Shown: piece after piece, positions 1 to 15,016 of the stretch
Numbering within the stretch: the first letter of the stretch is position 1
Layout of the letters: each line of letters opens with the position of its first letter
NCBI RefSeq assembly: GCF_009914755.1
Contig: NC_060927.1
Source of the DNA: the human T2T-CHM13v2.0 reference genome, Homo sapiens
Direction: 5' to 3' (one strand)
DNA: 64,000 nucleotides
Translations under genes and position numbers: made by a program
Notes under the pieces: model-generated
Seen by the model: only the letters and a program-made list of their open reading frames with translations
Told to the model about the DNA's origin: nothing
Database searches by the model: none

Positions 1-504
1 TAACTCGTCATTTAACATTAGGTATATCTCCCAATGCTATCCCTCCCCCCTCCCCCCACCCACAACAGGTCCCAGTGTGTGATGTTCCCCTTCCTGTGTC
101 CATGTGTTCTCATTGTTCAATTCCCACCTATGAGTGAGAACATGCGGTGTTTGGTTTTTTGTCCTTGCGATAGTTTACTGAGAATGATGGTTTCCTGCTT
201 CATCCATGTCCCTACAAAGGACATGAACTCATCATTTTTTATGACTGCATAGTATTCCATGGTGTATAAACTAGTTCAACCATTGTGGAAGTCAGTGTGG
301 TGATTCCTCAGGGATCTAGAACTGGAAATACCACTTGACCCAGCCATCCCAGTACTGGGTATATACCCAAAGGATTATAAATCATGCTGCTATAAAGACA
401 CATGCACACGTATGTTTACTGCGGCACTATTCACAATAGCAAAGACTTGGAACCAACCCAAATGCCCAACAATGGTAGACTGGATTAAGAAAATGTGGCA
501 CGTA
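1..504 (-). mobile_element. L1PA (young primate L1) 3' end with 5' inversion; the window begins inside the element
   Basis: 1-268 is antisense L1 3'UTR (aacatgcggtgtttggttttttgtccttgcgatagttt). About 268-504 is the sense L1 ORF2 end (aactagttcaaccattgtggaagtcagtgtgg...ggattaagaaaatgtggcac). Confidence 0.92.
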
Positions 505-1945
505 TTTGTCTTTCTATGCTTGGCTTATTTCACTTACATTAATGTCCACCAGGTTCATCTACGTTGCCTCAAATGACAGAATTTCCTTCTTTTTTAAGGC
601 TGAAGAGCATTCCATTGTGTATAAAACATTTTCTTTTTCCATTCATCCATTGATGAAAACTAAGGTTGATTTAATTACTTGGCTATTTTGACTAGTGCTG
701 CAATGAACATGAGCATCGTGATTTGGCACAGTCATTTCAATTTTATTTTTGGATATATAACCAGAAATGAGATTACCCGATTATATGTAATTCTATTTTT
801 AGAATTTTTGAGAAATCTGCATGCCATTTTCTGTAGTGGCTATATTAATATACATTTTCATCAATAGTGTACAATAGTTTTCTCCATATCCTTGCCAATA
901 CTTATATTTCATCTTTTTGATAATGGCTACTCTATAACAGCTATGAGGTGATAGACCACTGTGTTTTTAATTTGCATTTCCTTGATGATTAGTGATGTTG
1001 AACATTTTTTCATGAGCCTGTTGGCTATTTGTACATCTTCTTTTGATTAATGTCTGCTCAGGTTCATTGCCCATCTTTAAGTGGGTTGTTTGTTTTCTGG
1101 CTATTGAGTTGTTTGAATTCTTTATATATTTTGGATATGAATCCCTTATCAGATGTGTGATAGGCAAATATTTTTGCCCATTCTGTGGGCTGTCTCTTCA
1201 GTCTGTTGTTTTCTTTACCATGCAGGAGCTTTTTAATTTGACGCCATCCTATTTGTGTATTTTTACTTTCACTGCCTGAGCTTTTGGGGTCATATCAAAA
1301 AATTTATTGCCGAGACCAATGTTATGGAGCTTTTTCTCTATTATTTTCTAATAATATTATGATTTCAGGTCTTATTTTAAGTCTTTAATCCATTTTGAGT
1401 TTACTTTTTTGTGTATGGTATGATGCAAGGATTCAATTTCATTCCTTTCATGTGTATACCAGTTTTCTGGACACCACTTATTGAAGAGACTGACCTTTCC
1501 CTATTGTATGTTCTTGGCTCCTTTGTCAAAAGTCAACTGATTGTAAAAGTGTGGGTTTAATTCTGGGCTTCTCATCCTGTTCCATTGGCTAATACATCTT
1601 TTTTTTTTTAATGCCAGTGCTATAGTGTTTTGATTACAATATAATTATGATATATTTTTAAATCAGAGTGTATAATGCCTCCAGTCTTGTTCTTTTTGTT
1701 CAAGATTGCTTTGATTAGTCAGTATTTTTTGTGGTTTTATAAGCATTTTAAGATTGATGTTTCTAGTTCAGTCCAAGATGTTATTGAAATTTTGATAAAG
1801 GGTATATTGAATCTGCAGATTGCTTTGCGTAGTAGGTACTTTTAACAATATTAATTCTTCTAATCCTTGAAAACGGGCTATCTCTTCCTTTATTTGTGTT
1901 TTCTTTAATTTCTTTTACAACGTTTTATGGTTTTCAGTATATAGA
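505..1945 (-). mobile_element. Old L1M (L1MA/MB-like) ORF2 3' part and 3'UTR
   Basis: Antisense L1 motifs (tttaatttgcatttccttgatgattagtgatgttgaacattttttc; caccacttattgaagagactgacctttcc), heavily diverged. Confidence 0.85.
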
Positions 1946-2329
1946 ACAATTTTATACTGGAAAATTTGAGACCTATTCCATGACACTTTACTAAGTATGT
2001 CAAAGTACAATAATAATTTTGCCCATTTATGCTACTAAGCAGCTGCAGTCACAAGATTAACCCTTATTAAACTGGCTTTATAAAATCATGATTTTATGCC
2101 CAGAAGAGAGAGGTCAAGGTAATGTAGTAAAACAAGCATTAGAAAGTTGTGGGATCTGGGTGATAAGTCCAGATGTAGCTGTGATCTAACCTGACGTATC
2201 TTATAACATTTCTATACCTCACTGTCTTCATGTTTGAAGTGAGAAGAGCAGCTGATGCATTGTGTTGCGTTATCTCCAGAATTCTACGGAATTCCAGAGG
2301 GAAGGACAGCAATGCTCAAAGGCATAATA

Positions 2330-2510
2330 AACTCTGGTGCTAGAACTTCTTGGTTTTGATCCTCACTTAACATTTATTACCAATGTGAATTAAGAAAACC
2401 TCTCATGTATCTCAGTTTTCTTATCCACAAAGTGTTCCTGCACACATTTCTTGAGAGGATTAAGTTATTTAATACATGGGAATCATAATGCCTAGAACAT
2501 AATATTTAAT
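2330..2510 (+). mobile_element. MIR fragment
   Basis: MIR core-like tctcagttttcttatccacaaagtg...gagaggattaagttatttaatacat. Confidence 0.6.
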
Positions 2511-2612
2511 AATTTTGGCTATTTTTTTCATCTGCAATAACCTCTGAAAGGAAACTTGGTGGCTTGTCAGAAGTAAAAAAGTTATTTGGGAACAAAACAA
2601 GTAATGTAATTC

Positions 2613-2788
<176 letters not shown>

Positions 2789-3749
2789 TTTACTTCTTCC
2801 TGTTTCTACTAGGCAATACTATTAATAAAAATTCTAAATATTTCCATAAAATCACTATTAAAGAAATTTTTTTTTCTATACAAGATATTGAAAATGAAAA
2901 CATAATCATTTCCAAGTATAGGAAAATATTTATGAGTTTCCCTGAAAAATATTTATGTACCTCTTACTGTGGAGAGAGTATATTGAGAGCTTCCCAAATT
3001 CAGGCTTTAAGAATATTATTGAATATATTTGCAGAACCAGCTACAAATTTCAGACCTAACATTATAAAAAGTTAGATTTAAAATGTGAAATACACAATCC
3101 TGTTCATGGTGACATGTAGGGCAATTACAGAGACTGTTTTGTTTTGTTTTGTTTTGTTTTTCTGGCTGCGAACACGGTCCCATTCCTTTTAATTTAAAAA
3201 AATCCTCATGTTTGAGCAGTATTTTTTTCACTTGCCTAGCTAACCGAAAACAATTGCTACTAATAACCTGTCATCTTTTAAAAATAAACATGAAGTATTT
3301 ATTTTACAGAAACTAAAGGGGAAAAACACATTTATTTTAATGACAGTTGCTTATCATATTTCTCACTTGCTTCCTCATTAAATTTTCCCAGCCACCCTCA
3401 AGAGGGGATTATTATTCTCTCTGTGGTTCAGATGAGGGAACAAGGCTCACAACCTCACATCGCTTGTGCATGGCAGATCCAAGATTCATTCAACCCCAAA
3501 TGTAAAATATCAGGCTTATCCTGCTGAATATCAGCATCTCCCTCACTGTTCAAAATAACTGGGGCTCCACTGACCAAAAGACGCACAATATGATAAGTAT
3601 GAAACAGTGTGGAGTCTGAAGTTAGAGGACCTGGCTTTGAGGCTTAGGCCTGCTTTAACTCCCTCAAAACGGGCTGAAATTTTCTCAGAGTGATTACTAT
3701 TGTTATTGTCACTGCTATTTTAAGTGGAAATATAACTTAAAACTGAATT

Positions 3750-4900
<1,151 letters not shown>

Positions 4901-4989
4901 TTTTGATTCAGTGTTACCCACCTCTCCCCCGGAAAATACATCAAAATATTTACAAGGTCCTCCTCACAAACCTAAAAACATGATAATTA

Positions 4990-5195
4990 AAGAATAGGAT
5001 GCTGTGGTCAGTAAGGCTTGGGTTTGATACCTGACACAACCATTTAGCAAGGGTGTGAACTTAAGTTATTTATTTCTTTGAAGCACAGGACCTCATTTGT
5101 AAAAGGGACCATAAAGAAATTGCGAGAATTGAAGAAATGTGTGAAAAACACCTATCATAGTGTTGGAGAAAACAAGGTCCTCAACAAATAATAAT
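4990..5195 (+). mobile_element. MIR
   Basis: cttgggtttgatacctgacacaaccatttagc...cctcatttgtaaaaggg...ctcaacaaata. Confidence 0.6.
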
Positions 5196-6021
5196 TAAGA
5201 TTCATTCTAATACATCCCCTCTCAATTAACACAGGCATCTAAGCATTAATAAAACCTAGATTTTCAGCATTTTTAAACATGTCTAGTCTTTTCATATCTA
5301 TATGTTCATACCATTTCCCCTGCCTGGAACATCCTTCTCCGCCTTGATTATTAAATAAATTCTTTCTCATCTGTAGAGATTAGATGTCACTTTTTAATGA
5401 TTTTTCTGTGACATATTTAGGCAACATTTGTTTTGTTCTTATAATTCTTTGTCACTTGGGTAGGAAGTTACTCTGCCTCATCTCCTTGGCAGCTGGATTA
5501 TTTTATATATTCAGTAAATATTTTCTGAATGCAGTAAAATCTTTCCACAAATGCCTACATTATAGACTTTTATCCAAATTCAAATGTAAATTCCATTTTT
5601 TTCTTATCGTCATTTCCCCAAATCCAGCTTTTTAATCTCAATTTTTCTGATATTTCAGTAATTTCTCCCTTTTATCACATTAAAAGTTTCAGAAAAATGC
5701 TGCCACAATAGAGGTTTTTTGTTGGTTTGCCTATTGTATTACTTTTACATAGAAAATGTATATTTAAATGGCAGGAAAAAGTAGAAAATGTACCATATGT
5801 GATAGAAACAAGTAAATACTTATTATATAGGGACCAAGTTATTTAATGGAAAGAATAAAGGCTTTGAAGACAATCTGCCTAGGCCTTTTCTCTTAACAGA
5901 TTTCTAATTCTTTGTACATTTATTTAAACTGATATTTCAGTAACTTGAATGGGATTTGCAGTATCTATGTTGAAGGACAAGGTGAAAATTAAATGTAAAA
6001 ATAAATATGTAAAGTTACTAG

Positions 6022-6987
6022 TGTTGTGGCTTTTTCCGTTCCTGTAGTTCAGTGGGCAGGAAGGAGTGGCGCTAAGTGGCTTCTTCGCTCCCATAGCTCA
6101 GCGAGTGAAAGTGAGTGTTATAGCTCTTTCATTCTCACCACCAGCAATTCTGTGAGCAGGAGTATTACAGCTCTTTCACTCCCATAGTTTGGTGAGTTCT
6201 GGGTTCTTGTCCCATGACCAGGAGGAATAAGGTACATGGACACCAGAGAGTGAGTAAGGCAGAGTAGAATTTTATCAAATGACAGAAAGAAAGTTCTCAG
6301 TAATGAGAGGGAATGCAAAAGTGGGCAGTCATCTGTGAGGCTGAGTTCAGGGTTATTATGGGTTTGAATGGGGGAGTGCATGCTGATTTGTCCATGTGTG
6401 GTGATATGGTTTGGCTTTGTCCCCACTCAAATCTCATCTTGAATTGTAGTTCACATAATCCTCATATGTCATGCAAAGGACTCACTTGGAGGTAATTGAA
6501 TCACGGGGGTGAGTTTTCCCATGCTGTTCTTGTGATAGTGAATAAGTCTCACGAGATCCGATGGAAGCAAAATTCCCCTGCAAACGTTCTATTGCCTGCC
6601 ATCATGTAAGATGTGCCTTTGCTCCTCCTTCACCTTCCATCATAATTGTGAGGCCTCCCCAGCCATGTGCAACTGTGAGTGCATTAAGCCTCTTTTTCTT
6701 TACAAATTACCCAGTCTCGGGCATATCTTTATTAGCAGCATTAGAATAGACTAATACATGTGGTCTTGGAAAAAGCACCATTTTATTGGTTAAAAGACAT
6801 CATTCAGAAGAAACCAAGTGAAGGAGAGTGGATAAGATGGGGATAGAAGTTATCGCTCCAGTCTTGGACTCTATCTGGAACTGGCAGCTCAGTTTTCAGG
6901 CTTTAAACTGTCCTTGGCTTGAAGGTCAGTGTTTACCAGGACCCATCGCTGTCTGCCTAGGAATTTGTCTGTCTCCTGTCACTATCA
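6022..6987 (-). mobile_element. ERV1 solo LTR (LTR1/LTR27/LTR28/MER52-related), interrupted by THE1
   Basis: TG...CA ends with 4-bp TSD ctag (6018-6021, 6988-6991); motifs gggttcttgtcccatgaccagg and ttgaaggtcagtgtttaccagggacc. Confidence 0.8.
6402..6758 (+). mobile_element. THE1 (MaLR) solo LTR
   Basis: tgatatggtttggct...aaatctcatcttgaattgtag...gactaataca; 5-bp TSD tgtgg at 6397-6401 and 6759-6763. Confidence 0.93.
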
Positions 6988-7617
6988 CTAGCACAGGACT
7001 TGAAAAAGAGTATGCATTCAACAATTGCCAGATCTAATATAGATGCTCAGCTCTTTTACTGAAATACTCATATTTTCTTTAGATTTATAAGAAAATCATA
7101 AAAATTCAAATAAAAGGCTAAGAGGAGAAAAATTGCAGAAGATCCATTAGTAAATAAAAGATATACCATTCATCATCTGTAAAAACTAAAAATGTAAACT
7201 AAAGTAACTTTGAGAGAGAATTTTGTAGTCATTAAGGTAGCATTTTTTTCATTTTATTTATATGACTCACTCCAGAATGATTTTGGTGAACCTAGTATAC
7301 TAATTTTTTGGCTGTAGGCATTATAAATTTATATAACCTTTCCACAAAATGCAATTTATTTATATGTAACAAGATCCATAAGGATATCTATGACCTTTAG
7401 CTTGATACATTTCTACCACTTTATTCTCATAAAATAATTTGATAGAAATAGAAAACTATAAATATTTTTATTCATTGTGGTATTTTACAGAGTTGGAGTA
7501 ATTTAATTGAAGCCTCCAGAATATGCAATATTAGAATGTTAATAAGTAATATTGCCATGAATTATCATTTAAGAATATTATTTGCTCATTAAAAGTAACA
7601 AGTGAATACCATATAGT

Positions 7618-7935
7618 ACAACATTGTTCAAATAAAATATAATTTGAGCCACATATGTAATTTATACTTTTTTGGTAGTCACATAATAAAATGGAAATAA
7701 ATGAGGTAAGATTAATTTTAGTAATATATTTTATTTAAGCAATACGTTGAGAATATTATTTCAACATGTAATCAATATAAATGACACCAATGAGAGATTC
7801 TTTTATTGTTTGATTTGTACTAAGTCTGTGAAATTTTGGCATAATTTACACTTATAGCACATTTCAATTTGGTTGAGTCACTTTTCCAATCTCAATATCC
7901 ACATGTAGCAAGCTGCTATCATTTTGGACAGGGCA
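7618..7935. mobile_element. MER33-like hAT-Charlie DNA transposon
   Basis: atataatttgagccacatatgtaattt...ccacatgtagcaagctgctatcattttggacag. Confidence 0.75.
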
Positions 7936-10654
7936 AGACTACAGACAAACATTCATAAGAAATAGAAATATTCTTAATAACATACACATAATTATTTCAA
8001 TTGTTTAAAAGAATTGTTCATATATGTTTTAGTGTCCTAGAGTGTAAAATTAATTAGGAGTGTGAGATTATGATTCTTTTTATATAAGTTTAAATATTTT
8101 CATACTTTTGTTTTTTTTCAATAAAATGTCTTACACCTTAGAATAGGTACCTAATTTGTAAATTGCAACCATTCTGTCTATATGTCTTGATAAAAAATGA
8201 TGGTGAACTTCAATTTATATTATATTCACATTTTGACCCAGTTTCTATGGAATTAGTAAGTCTTTTCAATTTGGAGCTGTTTGGTATGCAAAGTAGGCTG
8301 AACGTTTTCATAGGGAGTAACAAATACGTGACCTTTCTGGATTAAGTCGGTCTGGCAGCCTAATATTTTTTACGGTTTGAATAGACTATATTTGGTTGAT
8401 CCTATCAGTTAGTAAAATAAGAAAGTATATTTAAAACATTATCAAAAAATATCTAGCATTTTGCCTTGCACATAGTAGACACAAAATGCATAATTGTCGA
8501 ATGTAATCGATTTGAAGCGTCCATCAATTAAATTCAAAATGGATTTGTTGAAACCATTTTCTTAGTAGAATTTACTCTTTCTTCATGTATTTCACTATGA
8601 TTCCTCATAATTAAAGAAAGCAATAAACAGGGATAACAAAAGTATTAGAACTTTTGACATTTCTGGAGGTAAACAAAGATACCTTCCATATTTCCACCTA
8701 AACTTAATTTTCATTCCCACTTAACATTTCTACATGAGTGAAATATGTCAAGATTTGTGGCTTTCACATATTTATAGTTTTGCTATTTATTAATGATATT
8801 TTAAAATATTTATTTGAACAGTAATATAATTCTTCTTATATAATGATTACATTTCCATATAATTTTAATGTGTTTTCCAAACTAAATTTCCAGCTGTTTG
8901 TGGTCAGGAGTATTACTTATTATTCTTCACAACCACAAGTAACTTTGGATGATGCTATGGCTAATAAAGTCTTTGAAATGTGTTAACTTCACTTGGTTTA
9001 TAAATGCTAAAGTAAATATAGGTAGAATATTTTAAAATTATAAGCACAAGCGTTAATGTTTGGTTCATAACTAAGAATGATATGACACAGTTTTTCAGTA
9101 CTTTTTAATATAATTGAGCTATAAGAAATATTTAATAATAAATAATTATGCATTTCATTAAAGAAGACAAAAGTAGAAAAAATGGAAATGTGTAAATGAT
9201 GCCGAGGTGTATTTGAAAATGTTGATGAAATTATAAAAGCATTTCTTTATGTCTTTTTAAAACTCTACAGGAAATTTCTGTTTTATTACAGCAGCTAATT
9301 TTCAAATGTTCCATGCTTTCATACCAAATCCAGCCAATTGTTGGTGATAGCTTATTTCCTTCCCCTTTGCCTGCTGCAATGATTCAGACCTTTTCTGTTC
9401 AGTTTTAGTTTTATTACTATTTTCCTCCACTCCCCTATTCTTCACCACCAATATGTTACATCATTGTTCAAAAGAATAGTCAAAACTGAGTTTAACTAAT
9501 CTAAAGCAAATTTAGGCTGGAAGTAAGAGATAGCCACAATTTAGAAGCACTCCCTGGCTTTAGAAATACAGACCTCCTTTGTAAATCCTCACAGCTATGG
9601 GTTGTGTAGTCTATCACCACCTATAGTATGCTAAAGTCAGAATGTAATTACATGCATTTTATAAAATGAGAACTGCTGACGTACAACCCACTAGTTATTT
9701 CCTAGTAAAAACATATTAGTAGAATATATTTATATCCATAACCATAATACATACTGTTATGCATCTAGTAATTAATTTTTTAATGACTCTCTAAATATTT
9801 ATGTTCTTTTTTTCTTATAATGCAATCTTCAGTGTTCTCAAGAGCTATCCTAATTTAAGCAGATATTTAAATAGAATCTTTCATTATTCTTGCTTTTCAG
9901 TTGTCTTGGGAACAATGCAATAACATTAGTAGGATATTTCCTTGTAGAAATGAAAAATGAAAATACGTTTTCTTCTAGAAATAAAAAAAGTATTTATAGA
10001 TTATATCTGGAGGACAACATAAACTGGCTAATTGATTATAGATAATAAATGGACATACTAAGTGATAGAAAAATAGATGATAGATATTTCTATGCAGATG
10101 AATTTTATTATTGTAAACTTACTGGGTTTCTATACAGTTTGTTTTAATTGCTGAAACATGTCTTCAGGTGGAATTTATCAAATATTACATACATTGCAAT
10201 AGTGACAGCATTTTAAAAGAAGTCTCTAGATCCTATGGAAATGAAGTGTCTGTTCCAATAGAGCTCCTAATGTAAAGTTTTGCTTAGTAATGATCTGAAT
10301 GACTTTTCAAAGTTTCCCTGTCTGAATCAGTGTTAATGATTTTTCAGTTATCCTCTCAGAAAATCAACTTGTTATGCCTTAATATAATATCAAAAATTAA
10401 ATTGTAGTTCTTTTGAGAAAATAAGGAGGTAGAAAATGTAACAGTTTTATTGCTTCTGAATGATACGGCTCCAGATTTTTACCTTCACAGAGTTATATTT
10501 TTTGATTGAGAATATGATTCCAGTATCTGATAATTTGGGTCTAATCTAGTAGCTTTATACTTGGATTTCCCCAGAACTGTGGTCTGTAAATTCTGAAGAT
10601 ACTGAAGCATCTTGAAATACGCCCATTGCTCAATACACAGAATAATTTTTAAAA

Positions 10655-11035
10655 CTTTATAATTTGTAAATTGCTATACATTTATAATTGCTATAAATTT
10701 ATAAATTATATAATTTAAAATTTATAATTTATATAATTTATAATAAATCACAGAAATATATTTTAATATATTTATATATTATATGTAATATTTATATTAT
10801 ATAAAATATAACATATTTATAATATATTTATATATTATGTTTTAAATTATATATAAATATATCAAATGTGAGTTAATATAATATGACTTATAAATTATAC
10901 AAATATAAATTATATACCAATATCATTTATATATAATTTATATTAAATTACATAATTTTAATTATATAAATTATATTTATATAATTTGTAATCTATAATT
11001 TATAAATTTATAAGCTTAAAATTTATAAACTTAAC
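10655..11035. repeat. Almost pure A/T low-complexity tract
   Basis: About 380 bp of tataattt/atatattt variants. Confidence 0.9.
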
Positions 11036-11049
11036 ATTTTCAAAATGTA

Positions 11050-12100
11050 CGTATTTCCCAGGGCTTGATCATGAGTTTTCTTTTTCTTTCTGTCAACTGT
11101 ATCTCTCTAAGTGACCTATCCAGTCCCATAACTTGTACTATCATCTCTAGTGAACACTCTCCAGGCTTTATGTCTCTTCTTAGCGTCACATTTATTTAAC
11201 TAGGTGTTTATTTCATTTCTCCTGTTGGGTCTCAAAGCATAATTATCTTCTCATCCTTGTATTATTACCCATCCTCCTCCTCCTCCAGTCTTTCTCATAT
11301 TAATTAGCAGTGTCACATTCACTCTGTTGTTTAATCTCACCTAGGAATTATCATTTATTCTCTTCCTCGCGGCACCCACATTCTATCCATCAGCAAATAC
11401 TGTTATTTCTTTTCAAAATACTTCTTATTTGCTTTGCTACTACTCATGCCCAAGAAATCTTCCCTCATCTGGGAAAATTCAATAGTCTATTTAATGGTTT
11501 GTCTGTTTCTACTTTATTCCCCCTAATTAGACATTCTTCACACAGCTGCCAATGTGATCTTTTAAAATTCATGTCATTCCTCTGCTCAAAACCCTCCAAT
11601 GGCTTCTCATTGCACTTCGAATAAAATCAAAGCTCCACACCAGTCTACCCATGATGTAGTCACTGCCTCACTCTCCACTGCCTATCTCTTTTTCCTCACT
11701 GATTTTATTCTAACCACACTTGATGCTCTACATTCCTGGAAAACACTAAACTTATTTCCATCCTTAGAATTTTGAGCCTGCTTTCTTCTTTTCTTGGCAC
11801 TCTCTGCACTCTGATCTTCACATGGCTGGCTTTCTTTTTTCACTGAGGTCTCAGCCCAAGTGACATCTCAGAGAGAATTACCCTGAGATCTAAATAATTA
11901 CCTCAGTTCTCTCTATTTTATCTACTGTATTATATGGTGTTTGGGGCATAGTACTCATCTCTACTTGAATTTATTTTACTTGTATATTATTTTTATTTCC
12001 TCTAGCTATATACTGTATTAAGAGCAGTGACTTTTTCTACTCTTTTTATCACTCTATTCCCACTCCCTGGAAGAATAATAGGAACATAGTAGGTATTTCT
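11050..12100 (+). mobile_element. L2 3' portion
   Basis: ctgctcaaaaccctccaatggcttctcattgcacttcgaataaaatc and the terminal ggaacatagtaggta. Confidence 0.8.
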
Positions 12101-13211
12101 TTTGGAATGGGAGGATAACGAGACAGAGAGACAAAGAGAGAGAGAGAAAGAGAGATTATGTACAATATAATATTGAAGCGATTTACATGTAATCCACATT
12201 CCTCCTAAACTGGGTTTGGATAAATGCTAATCTATAGGATTCTTGGACAAGAAAAGATTATTTGGCAAACGAGTTTGGAAGATTATATTAGAGATTTATT
12301 AAGTTCATTAGCCTGAAAAATATTCTTTAAGGTTTTGCAGTAAAGATCACAATTTAATGATATTTAATCAAATGATTCATAAAGTTATTTGGTCCTTGAA
12401 AATTTTTCTGCCTTTCAACGTATATTAAAACATTCAGAAATGCTGTTCTAAATTCACTCAGTATCCAAAGTAGAAGAGAATTAATGTAACAAGAGGAAAA
12501 CATATATCATAATTTTCTTTTAGAGTTGTTTAAAATAAAGCCCACCCAAAATAAGACACATATATATGTTTTTGAGAATTCTGGGTAAATTAGAAATAAC
12601 TATATTGACACAAAGTTAAGCTAAAGAGAAAATTTGGTATACAGCAGATAAGTAACCAAGGCCAACAATCCATAAAACAATAATAGCAAAAAGAAAAAAG
12701 ACAAAATTGATACTTTCGAGTAGCTCCTGATGGAGAAGAGTAATATTGAGGAAATATTAATAGAAAATAATACAGTCAGAAAAAGTGATAATAATTATAA
12801 AACTCATTTGTTAGAAAGTCTATAAAAGACTGGGGATAACATCAACATGAATATTCTGGTTATAGTATAGGAAAGTGACATAAAATCAGAAGTTTCAAGT
12901 TAAATTAAGGGAGAGATGAGGGAGATTAAATGCAGAGTAATAAATCCATGAAATTTATATTTAACACAATGTGAAGGAATAGACTTTAAAAGCTGCTTTT
13001 TAAAAAACCTAATTTTCAGATACATAAAATTTTAGCAATATGGCTGTAGTGCTTTGAACTTTTATCATTTGACTATACTTTGCTTTAAAGTTTACATCAA
13101 GAGCAAATATGTATATTTGAAAAGTTTACAATAGCTAGAAAATGTATTATAATTCCCAAATGGAAAAAAATGTATACTTGGATTCCCACATTTCTATATA
13201 CCTATCCACAG

Positions 13212-13377
13212 GATCACTGTTGTATTTTTAAACCTTATTCCTGGAAGCACTACGGATATCAGATCAATTTAGAAAGCCAAAGAGTACCTCTGGGAATGAA
13301 ATGGTAGTAATAGAAACAATATTTGGCCAAACTATCACTGTATGCCAATGATGCCAAAAATCACAGTAACCTGGCAG
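13212..13377 (+). other. Candidate non-coding exon
   Basis: Acceptor cctatccacag|G and donor CAG|gtaggt; 166 nt with stops in all three frames. No transcript evidence available. Confidence 0.25.
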
Positions 13378-14089
13378 GTAGGTAATTATTATTTAATAAT
13401 ACAATTGATACTGGTTTCTCCACTGAAAAACTATTAACTCTTTATGCAGTAAAATGAAGTCCAGGTTTTAGACACAGTATTTCTATTTTGATGTCATTAA
13501 TAGTGGGTTGACACTTGTACCAACCACAATGTGTTTCTCAAGCAAATTATTTGAAAGAAAACTTATATGTGATTTTATAACTCATTTAGAAATGAAAATG
13601 GGGAATATGAATTTAAGGAATAGTTTTGGCTGCAAGTTCTTAATATTAAGGACAATTTTCATATTCTGGACTATTTTATATATCTCTTTCTTTCTAGTAG
13701 AAGCAGACTGGCCTGATTTTAGCGTTTACTGGAGAACATTTCCATTTTAAATGTTCATTCTGCAAGACAACTAATAAGATAATTACTGTTTTAAATAATT
13801 TCCTCCATATGTTCACAATTCCTGGATCTCTGCTCTCTCTGTTTAAATGCTGGTCTCATGGTTAATGTTGCTGTTCAAAAAAAAACTTTGCTTTCATATT
13901 TCTTAGAATCTCAAATTGTTCAAATTTGCCGAAGTGCCTGGAAATGCAGCATGTGTTTCTAAATCTGGAAGAGTTGGTAATACGTATAATCTCCTTCTCT
14001 GGATGTATATTGTCCTCTTAATTAATAGTGCTCAATAGACTACGTTATATTTTAGAGTGAGAAAATCTGCTATTTGAAGGTGCTGGAAT

Positions 14090-14408
14090 TTTTTTCTTTT
14101 CTTTTCTTTTCTTATTTATTTATTTATTTATTTTGAGATGAAGTCTCACTCTGTTGCCCAGGTTGGAGTGCAGTGGTATGATCTCAGCTCACTGCAACCT
14201 CCTCCTCCCAGGTTAAGTGATTCTCCTGCCTCAGCCTCCCAAGTAGCTGGGATTACAGGCTCACACCACCACGCCTGGCTAATTCTTGTATTTTTAGTAG
14301 AGACAGGGTTGGCCAGGCTGGTATCAAACTCAGCCTGACCTCAGGTAATCCACCCACCTCAGCCTCCTAAAGTGCTGGGATTACAGGCATGAGCTACCGC
14401 ACCTGGCC
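14090..14408 (-). mobile_element. AluS with a small internal deletion
   Basis: Full dimer; agacagggtt|ggccaggctgg lacks the usual tcaccatgtt. Confidence 0.95.
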
Positions 14409-15016
14409 AAAATTTTTCTATTTTATCATTAAAAAACGAGTTTGTATGCAAGATATTACTTGAAAATCATAAACAAATTATCCTGAAAAAGGTACCTTAT
14501 CAGTCTACTAAATTCAGTTTTGTAAGGTTCAATGTAATCAAATAGACTCATGAATTATATTCATACATAATGAAAACAACATTAAATTTGACTTGTTTGT
14601 GTCCATCTTCATCCATGTAGAATGCATGTGGTCAAGTCACTGCTCTTAAATTTAGTTCTTTGATCAATAATGTGAGCCTAATAACACGTATCTATGAAAT
14701 CATATTGTTTATCAAAAAACAATTACTTCTGTCACCATCATTGTCATTTTCACCAATATCAATTTTCATTTTTATGATCATCAAATTTAATGCAGCCATG
14801 GATGAGTCCAAAACTCCCACACTCACAGACATACAGACACAATTGAACCTACTATTTATGAGATTAGAAGGTAGAATTAAGAATTAATATGCTACCAATT
14901 AGCAAATATAATTAAGACTGTTTTAAATCTATACTTGTACCTGCCATAATTGTAAAATAGTTTTCTTGGACAAACAGAAGAAGATACAGAAAGTATAGGT
15001 TTGGAAAATGTACATG

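Larger units (their letters stand above)
5850..7030 (+). mobile_element. MIR split by the LTR at 6022-6987
   Basis: aataaaggctttgaag...tatgtaaagttactag | cacaggacttgaaaaagagtatgcattcaacaa reads as a continuous MIR 3' end once the LTR is removed. Confidence 0.5.

Noticed and set aside
3035-3070. A third possible 36-nt + strand cassette
   Set aside because: Poor donor (aaa|gttaga) and poor pyrimidine tract.
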